The position numbers and the translations under genes were made by a program. A stretch of DNA of 57,020 nucleotides from Candidatus Microgenomatus sp. (GTDB lineage Bacteria; Patescibacteriota; Microgenomatia; UBA1400; PJMF01), in contig DYGL01000002.1 in assembly GCA_020724725.1 (NCBI GenBank), forward strand, positions 1-57,020, read 5' to 3'. The notes beneath the pieces are model-generated. The model saw only the letters and a program-made list of their open reading frames with translations. It did not search any database and had not been told where the DNA came from. Below, piece by piece: positions 51,068-57,020 of this stretch (positions are counted from its first letter, which is position 1; each line of letters begins with the position of its first letter).

Positions 51068-51104
51068 TAAAAAATCACTCACAAAGGGTGATTTTTTTGT
51101 TTTT
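51068..51104. terminator. bidirectional Rho-independent terminator between convergent genes
   Basis: Stem ATCACTC/GGGTGAT with loop ACAAA, flanked by an A-run on the left and TTTTTTTGTTTTT on the right. It sits 3 nt beyond the stop of the minus-strand SpoIID-like gene. Confidence 0.6.
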
Positions 51105-51107
51105 AGG

Positions 51108-52859
51108 CTACTTTTTTTCGATGTTGAAAAGGCCAGACTTAACAGATATTCTGGCTGGAGCACGCAAATTAAAAACCTTATAAAATTCACTTCCTTTAAT
51201 TTTCAGCTCTCCCTTGTTGGTCTGAAAAGTCACTTCTGCAGTCACCCCACCATCTGAGTAACTAACATTCACCCCAGTAACGCTAGTGTATCCTCCAATA
51301 TTTGCCAATTCATTTTTACTATATGGGTTTCCATCAAAACATGAAGACTCTGGCGTAACACGACCACTATCTCCTCCACCCTTATACATAACTACCCAAG
51401 CATTAAGTATGTCAGCCATTTCTTCACTAGTAAGCCATGGATGATTCCGACCACAACTATCTCCAGATCTTGTTTTATACCAAGCCTTGTAGAACCAATA
51501 AGAACCAGCAATGTTTTCATATGCTTGTGATGTCCAACCACTTCTTCCACCTTGTGCATCCCAAAAAGATGGAGTTTGATACCCAGAATTATAGCTTGAT
51601 GAATATGATTCCTGATATCCTCCAGAGGAAGCCGCGTATTGAGCCCACAAAGGATTGCCGTTAGCAGTCATCACCCAGCCAGAAACAGCGTTGACAGCTG
51701 TTTCCCAATTACCACCTTTATTAGATGGTTTGTAGACCTGACAATCTTCAGTCATGCAAATACAACCTCTATTTTTAACAGTTGCTAAAGCATAACTTTT
51801 AGCTGCTACAGCTTGAGCTTTAAGTGCCTCCATGCCTCCATTATCACCCCAACCATTAGGAACCTCATATATTCTCTTGGCATAGGTTTCCAAATCAACT
51901 GACCCCTGATCACAAATCAACTTTCCATTTTCATATCGACCCAAAACAATTGTTTCGTTAGGATAGTCTTTTTTTATCTCAACTCCTCCATAATAAGCTT
52001 TGAGTATTTCTTCTGCAGACTGACCACTCTTAGCTCTTCCGTAAGCACCATACTGACTCAAGCCTTTAAAGTGTGGAGCACCAAAACTAAAAACAGCAAA
52101 AGCTGGAGAAAAACCAGGATCATAATTTGGACGACTGGCCGGATCATCAGCCATCGGAACATCACCAACAGATGTTTGAAAAGTTGCAGATTTTCCGGCT
52201 AAAATTGATTGCTGCTTAGCACTTAACTCAGCAATTTTTCCACTAAGATCTTTTTGATAATTTTTTGCTTTGGAAATTTCACCTTTCAAAAAATCTGCCT
52301 GCTCATCTAATTGTTTAGAAAGACTAGCTAGGCGTTCTTGATCATGTTCTAGCTTCTTTTTATCTTCATTTAATTTGCTAATTTCCTCAGATATTGATCT
52401 AATTAAACGATCATCTTGAGCCTTGGCTGATTCTTGGTAAGCCAATTCTTTGGTTAATTGAGAAGCGTTTTGACTGGATAATAAAAAACTCAATTGGTTT
52501 GATGTGCGCGCTCTTTTGTAAGACTCAGCAACACGGTTGGAAAAAATTTTATAGTGGTGGACTAAATCAGCCTCTCTTTTTTTAATATCAGAAGCCAAAT
52601 CTTCAGCTTGCTTTTTTGCCTTAGCAATGCCAAGTCTTGCCGAGTCAATACGTGCTTCAAAATTTTCGACTTGTTTCTCAAGTGGAGTTGTTGCATTTGT
52701 TGAAGCCTCAAGATCTTTTTTAAGTTTTTCTATTTCTATTGCGCAAGATTCTTCAGAGTCACAATCTACAGCTTTCACAAAAAAAGGGAGGTTTAAAAAC
52801 ACAATTCCAATCCCCAACAACAGCAAACAAACAAAGTTAAAACGACGGGAAAAGGACAT
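51108..52859 (-). CDS. SpoIID/LytB-domain protein with N-terminal signal anchor and coiled coil
   Basis: ~230-aa coiled coil, then the SpoIID-type signature MEALKAQAVAAKSYALATV plus CQVY. Confidence 0.75.
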   Translation of the reverse strand: MSFSRRFNFVCLLLLGIGIVFLNLPFFVKAVDCDSEESCAIEIEKLKKDLEASTNATTPLEKQVENFEARIDSARLGIAKAKKQAEDLASDIKKREADLVHHYKIFSNRVAESYKRARTSNQLSFLLSSQNASQLTKELAYQESAKAQDDRLIRSISEEISKLNEDKKKLEHDQERLASLSKQLDEQADFLKGEISKAKNYQKDLSGKIAELSAKQQSILAGKSATFQTSVGDVPMADDPASRPNYDPGFSPAFAVFSFGAPHFKGLSQYGAYGRAKSGQSAEEILKAYYGGVEIKKDYPNETIVLGRYENGKLICDQGSVDLETYAKRIYEVPNGWGDNGGMEALKAQAVAAKSYALATVKNRGCICMTEDCQVYKPSNKGGNWETAVNAVSGWVMTANGNPLWAQYAASSGGYQESYSSSYNSGYQTPSFWDAQGGRSGWTSQAYENIAGSYWFYKAWYKTRSGDSCGRNHPWLTSEEMADILNAWVVMYKGGGDSGRVTPESSCFDGNPYSKNELANIGGYTSVTGVNVSYSDGGVTAEVTFQTNKGELKIKGSEFYKVFNLRAPARISVKSGLFNIEKK

Positions 52860-52918
52860 AGCTTCATCATACTAAATAAAAGCTTGGTTTTGAAGCTCTT
52901 TAATGGTTTAATATACTC

Positions 52919-53800
52919 ATGGATAAAATGAGAAAATTAGCTCTGGCGGTGCTTTTCTCTTTTGTTGCCTTTTTTTCTCATTCAGAGTTTAGTTATGCTG
53001 CTGACCCCACTCCCAACGTGCCGGGTAAAGAAATCTGGCAAGATCGAGATGATGGCAGTGGTGGCTCCCAAAGCTGTGGTTTTTTTACAGGCTGCACAGT
53101 AGCCGGCACCGATGTCAATATCAGACTAACTGGCATTGCTTATAACAATGGCAGAATTGTTCCAGATGATGTTTATACTCAAGTTGACTTAATTGGTGAA
53201 GGCATGGGTTGTCCTGACTACAAACTAGTTGGCTACTCTAAAGGTGGCACTTGGGAGAGTGTAGTTCCAGGAGACAAGATTAAAACCAACTGTCGATATT
53301 CTCTGCGTGTTACTTTGCCAAGTGGAACATTTAATGACGGCACAGAGGTTGAAGCTCAAACCTATGAAACTCCTTATGCTCCAGAAGTACAAGCCGCCTG
53401 CGGTGAAGATGAATGTGATTCAGACCTAGGAGTTTTGCAAAGTTCTCTTTATGAACTTTGTTCGCAAATTAAAAAAGGCACTGATCAATACGATGCCTGT
53501 ATGACTTGTTTCACCAACAATGGTGTTTGGACTGCCGTAGGCTGTATTCCAAGTCAACCAGAAAGCATTATCAAAACTATCATTACTATTGGCCTAGCAA
53601 TTGGTGGCGGTGTGGTACTAGTGATGATCATGGTAGGCTCATTTATGCTCTCTGTCTCTCAAGGAGATCCCAATAAAACCAAAGAGGCTAGAGAAATCAT
53701 CACTTCGGCTATTATTGGACTACTCTTTGTCATTTTCTCGGTCACAATTTTGCAATTTATTGGCGTCTCGATTTTACATATTCCAGGTTTTGGAGAATAA
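52919..53800 (+). CDS. T4SS-pilin-domain (TrbC/VirB2-like) protein with ~200-aa Cys-rich ectodomain
   Basis: Signal peptide and 12 Cys. The C-terminal two-helix module IGLAIGGGVVLVMIMVGSFMLSVSQGDPNKTKEAREIITSAIIGLLFVIFSV matches the GDP-x-K...A...I..A.IGL pattern of CPR T4SS pilins. Confidence 0.6.
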   Translation: MDKMRKLALAVLFSFVAFFSHSEFSYAADPTPNVPGKEIWQDRDDGSGGSQSCGFFTGCTVAGTDVNIRLTGIAYNNGRIVPDDVYTQVDLIGEGMGCPDYKLVGYSKGGTWESVVPGDKIKTNCRYSLRVTLPSGTFNDGTEVEAQTYETPYAPEVQAACGEDECDSDLGVLQSSLYELCSQIKKGTDQYDACMTCFTNNGVWTAVGCIPSQPESIIKTIITIGLAIGGGVVLVMIMVGSFMLSVSQGDPNKTKEAREIITSAIIGLLFVIFSVTILQFIGVSILHIPGFGE

Positions 53801-53802
53801 AA

Positions 53803-54714
53803 ATGAAAAAAATATTTTTTGCCATTATCGTCCAAATCATCCTCAGCCTTAATTTCACCACTCAAGCTCAAGCCTACTCTTGTGGCCAAACTTTTCCAGT
53901 GATGGATGGTGACTCTACAGCCGGACTTTGCCAATGCGCTAGTTCTGGAAACCAAGCTGCTTTTTTGGAATATGCAGCAGTAAGTAGTAGTCCTTTTGTA
54001 CCTAGTGTTGCCACCTATTGTTGTGGTTTCAATGTTAACGGCGACTGTAAAGCTAACAGTGATCCCCTCGTCTATACTTGTGGGGAAAGTAGCTCTGACG
54101 CTAGTGTCCCCACGGGAGCAACTTGTAATTGTGAAGGCGGTGGCTGGGAAGGATACTTTGAAGGTTGGTTTTGGAATAGAGCCACTTGTTGTGGCTTCGT
54201 CAAAGACGACCAATGTCTAAGTGCCAATCCAGAAGAACAGGCCGATGATGTGGCTATTTGTGGCCAAAGCTATCCAAGTGGTGCTAAAAGTTGTATTTGT
54301 GGTGGTGGCGGTGGCGAAGCTGGCATGGAAGATGGCAGTATTTGTTGTGGCTGGGTGATTAATGGCAAATGCAACTCAACTGATGTGGCGATCAGCGATA
54401 CTGAAGTAAGCGGAGAAACACTCAGTGGGCTTAATCCTCTCGCCATTGGTGGTAGCAGTCTTGACCTAAGTACTCCTGGTAAAATTATTAGTCGTGCCTT
54501 GGGCAGTTTTGTCTTCCCTATTGCTGGGATTATTCTTTTTGTAGTTTTGGTTCTAGGAGGCTTCCAGATGCTTACTGGCGCAGCCAGCTCCAAAGGCATG
54601 GAAGAAGGCAAACAAAAAATTACCAGCGCCATCCTAGGTTTTATCATTCTTTTTGCTGCCTACTGGATTGCTCAACTTCTAGAGCTAATTTTTGGCATTA
54701 GTATCCTTTCTTAG
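53803..54714 (+). CDS. T4SS-pilin-domain (TrbC/VirB2-like) protein with repeated CCG(F/W)V Cys-rich ectodomain
   Basis: Signal peptide. The motif CCG[FW]-(4-5 residues)-C occurs three times. C-terminal two-helix module: FPIAGIILFVVLVLGGFQMLTGAASSKGMEEGKQKITSAILGFIILFAAYW. Confidence 0.6.
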   Translation: MKKIFFAIIVQIILSLNFTTQAQAYSCGQTFPVMDGDSTAGLCQCASSGNQAAFLEYAAVSSSPFVPSVATYCCGFNVNGDCKANSDPLVYTCGESSSDASVPTGATCNCEGGGWEGYFEGWFWNRATCCGFVKDDQCLSANPEEQADDVAICGQSYPSGAKSCICGGGGGEAGMEDGSICCGWVINGKCNSTDVAISDTEVSGETLSGLNPLAIGGSSLDLSTPGKIISRALGSFVFPIAGIILFVVLVLGGFQMLTGAASSKGMEEGKQKITSAILGFIILFAAYWIAQLLELIFGISILS

Positions 54715-54741
54715 AATCAGCATTCTTAGTATAATGAGGCT

Positions 54742-57020
54742 GTGTTACAGAGTTTTATCAAGAAAACACTATCTTTGTTTTTGTTCTCTTTTGTCTTTTT
54801 AGCCTTAGGCGTTCCTGCTCGTGCTCAAAAACCAGCCGAAGAGCGAGACATGGCCATCTACCACACCTTGATGCCCATGTTCGTGCCCAATAAAGACGAT
54901 GGTCTAAACTATGAAGATTTACTCTACACCATGATTCGCGACCAAGGCTACGAAGCTCATTGCGGTGGTGTTGAATGGTGGTTGGATAAAGATTTGTTTG
55001 GCGACATTGGCAAGTTTTTTAGTCAAGATGTTCCCCCTGAAGAAAGTTTTTATAACGGCCTCAACCCTACTGAATTTGGCGGCGTCGACAATTACGTCGT
55101 GGATTACTCCAAAGCTCGTATTCCGATGATGCGCGGCCTCCAATCCAGATACGACATCGTCAAAAACAGCTCACTTGAAGGTATGTTTGGTGCTGGTCAA
55201 CAAACCGAAGAAGATACTTACAAGCTCAATTCTTCTGGTGTGAGCAAGCGCATGCTTTCAGATTATCAGCAGTGTTTAGCCAAAACTCAAAACATCTTGG
55301 CTTCAGCACAAATTTGTGATGAGCTGGAAGGTGAAGAATGCACGCTCAATAAAGAATACTCTTTTCAAATTGTGGTCGACGAAGAAGGCAATAGTCGCCC
55401 CGCAGTTGCTGGAGAAAATGCCAGCAGTCTAGAACCTGGAGAAAGCATTGAAAAAGTTGCTTTTTATATGAACGCTTTGCGCGGTTGGTTTGCAGAAATT
55501 CGCCCTGATCTTCATGGTAAAGAGTTATATGAACAAGTTTGTTTTGACATTACTGGTGGTGATGCCACCACTGCCTCCACGGATTATGATCCTCCCCCAG
55601 TTGAGCCAGTTAAAATCGCCAAACTAAGAGAGGCTGTCAAGGCCATTTCTATTGATTTGGATAGCCTTTATCGCTTGGCCTTTTTGGTCTTGTCTCCTCA
55701 ACAAAATAAAGGTAAAGAGGAATATCCAGACAATAAATTTTATTGGCTACAAAATGACCCACCTGCTCAAATCGACTCTTGGGCTCATGCTCCTATTTTT
55801 ATCGCTTTCAAAATTCCAGATTTTGGCACCAACAAATCTAGAATTGCTGGCAACATTGATACTTTAGAGTTGACCAAGATGGCTTTACAAACTTATGAAC
55901 AAAATGAAAAAGACAAGCTAGACCAAACCAAAAAAAGAGAGTTTATTTATGAAGCCGCCAAAGCCGCTCCCCTCCTCTTGGACGGTGAGAAAGTCATGAA
56001 CTGTCCATCCTTTTATCCACAATGCAGAAGAAAGCCAGAAAACGCACTCAATAACGTTATTGAAGACATGATTAATGGCATGTCTCTTAAATGTAAGAAC
56101 CAAACTCTTCGCATTATCCAAAAAACTGTCGATGAAAACGGCGAGCCTCTAGACATTGGTGGTTTCACCAAAGTAGAAAAACAAGCTGAGGCCAGTGGTG
56201 TTGAACTGATTTTTAATCAAGAAGATCTGAACTGGGAAAGAGCTGGCGATCTTTTTACTCCAGCCTCCAAAGACTTAAAAGACAATCTTTATAAAAGTCC
56301 AGCCAACACTCAAGTTGCCAATCATTTAGCTTCTAGCGATACTAATCCTTTTGAATGGAAATTAATGATTGATGAGGATCCTCCAGATCTAGAGTCTTAC
56401 ATGATAGTCAATGCCTACTTGGTCTTACCGATTGGCGAAACCATTAAAGATGTCAATAAAGCTTTGGCAATCTTCTGGGACGAAGATCAATTTTTTGATC
56501 TTGTTCGTAACAATGTCATTGAAGACATGGAAAACAAAAAAGGAGTGATTCCTAAATACTACACGGTCAAAGACGCCAATCTGGGTTTTTCAGCAGTTGA
56601 CTCTATCAACCCGCTTAATGAATGTGTCCCTGAGGTCAAAATTGTCAACGGTGTAAAAGAAATTCACATGGTTTGTTCTCATTACACTTTTGGGGTTGGT
56701 TTTAGTGAAACTAGAGATGAAATGCTCATTCCAGATTTTGGTTTGGGCTTTATGGTGCGCAAAATTCAACAAACACTCCGCACAACCTTCCACGACACCT
56801 ATGAATACATTCTCTCCTGTCATCGAATTGAAGATATGTTTCTTGGTCGCTGTAGTGGCAACCCAGAGGGCATAGAAACCAAATCTTTTTGTGATGGCGA
56901 GGCTTTTAAAAACATCAAAGGTTTGCCCCCAGCTGGAGGCATTCCCCAATTTGCCAAAGATCAGTTTGGCACAGACATTTTGCCTTTTATCACTCCAGAA
57001 CACATTGAGGCTTATCAGTA
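54742..57020 (+). CDS. large secreted hypothetical protein, N-terminal fragment (>=759 aa, continues past window end)
   Basis: Hand translation from GTG 54742 is open to nt 57020, with no stop in 759 codons. That is why it is absent from the supplied track. N-terminal signal peptide VLQSFIKKTLSLFLFSFVFLALGVPARAQ, with scattered Cys pairs. It is co-directional with the two pilin-domain genes, 27 nt downstream. Confidence 0.75.
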   Translation, partial: MLQSFIKKTLSLFLFSFVFLALGVPARAQKPAEERDMAIYHTLMPMFVPNKDDGLNYEDLLYTMIRDQGYEAHCGGVEWWLDKDLFGDIGKFFSQDVPPEESFYNGLNPTEFGGVDNYVVDYSKARIPMMRGLQSRYDIVKNSSLEGMFGAGQQTEEDTYKLNSSGVSKRMLSDYQQCLAKTQNILASAQICDELEGEECTLNKEYSFQIVVDEEGNSRPAVAGENASSLEPGESIEKVAFYMNALRGWFAEIRPDLHGKELYEQVCFDITGGDATTASTDYDPPPVEPVKIAKLREAVKAISIDLDSLYRLAFLVLSPQQNKGKEEYPDNKFYWLQNDPPAQIDSWAHAPIFIAFKIPDFGTNKSRIAGNIDTLELTKMALQTYEQNEKDKLDQTKKREFIYEAAKAAPLLLDGEKVMNCPSFYPQCRRKPENALNNVIEDMINGMSLKCKNQTLRIIQKTVDENGEPLDIGGFTKVEKQAEASGVELIFNQEDLNWERAGDLFTPASKDLKDNLYKSPANTQVANHLASSDTNPFEWKLMIDEDPPDLESYMIVNAYLVLPIGETIKDVNKALAIFWDEDQFFDLVRNNVIEDMENKKGVIPKYYTVKDANLGFSAVDSINPLNECVPEVKIVNGVKEIHMVCSHYTFGVGFSETRDEMLIPDFGLGFMVRKIQQTLRTTFHDTYEYILSCHRIEDMFLGRCSGNPEGIETKSFCDGEAFKNIKGLPPAGGIPQFAKDQFGTDILPFITPEHIEAYQ

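Noticed and set aside
50846-51070. 74-aa ORF in the VanW/SpoIID-like intergenic spacer.
   Set aside because: It has no Shine-Dalgarno and an Arg/Lys/Pro-rich composition. It coincides with long-range inverted repeats and hairpins, so a structural RNA/DNA element fits better than a coding sequence.
1-57020. An alternative genetic code (UGA recoding as in Gracilibacteria/SR1 or mycoplasmas).
   Set aside because: Housekeeping ORFs have expected lengths under the standard code. TGA also serves as a stop at sensible positions (586-588 just before the tRNA, and the comEC junction at 5296-5298).

Overview
This 57-kb window looks like a compact, AT-leaning bacterial genome segment. Gene content suggests a Patescibacteria/CPR-like organism: a reduced housekeeping set, comEA/comEC, several GspG-like type IV pilins, T4SS-pilin-domain proteins and giant surface proteins. 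This lineage call is an inference. The standard genetic code fits, because long ORFs stay intact and TGA is used as a stop.

Ordinary genes, in order:
- a 3' gene fragment, tRNA-Pro(CGG) and tRNA-Arg(CCU)
- csaA, ndk and an M16 peptidase
- comEC split into two translationally coupled ORFs, comEA and leuS
- obg, a LysM/M23 peptidase, rho and a short ogt
- radA, a cytidylyltransferase-like gene and a YvcK/CofD-like gene
- an orphan solute-binding protein, a VanW protein and a SpoIID-like protein

The centre (11808-32629, 36% of the window) is a two-gene locus joined by a TAATG overlap. It encodes membrane-anchored giants of 4,186 aa and 2,753 aa.
- Giant 1 has a cytoplasmic integrase-type SAM-like domain, one TM helix and tail-fibre-like repeats. 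It also has three tandem ~2.3-kb modules, two of which share a 1,544-bp block that appears base-perfect on the checks made, and a peptidase-G2-like segment.
- Giant 2 has four LamG lectin domains, a DUF2341 domain, a glycine-rich domain and FN3-like repeats with a 247-bp perfect duplicate.
- Around the locus are a PaaX-like gene isolated by two ~547-bp spacers, three tandem type IV pilin genes and a Wzy_C/TPR membrane protein. I read this as a candidate cell-surface attachment system.

Further right:
- a soluble VirD4/TraD-like ATPase
- two T4SS-pilin-domain proteins with Cys-rich ectodomains
- an ORF of at least 759 aa (54742 to the window end) that is missing from the supplied track because it has no stop in the window

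Non-coding signals:
- a ~165-nt intergenic element present twice (upstream of the pilin operon and of obg), with a covarying 26-28-bp closing helix and conserved internal blocks
- a promoter-plus-terminator-bounded candidate sRNA between ogt and the ATPase gene
- a GC-rich structured island with crossing inverted repeats between the VanW and SpoIID-like genes
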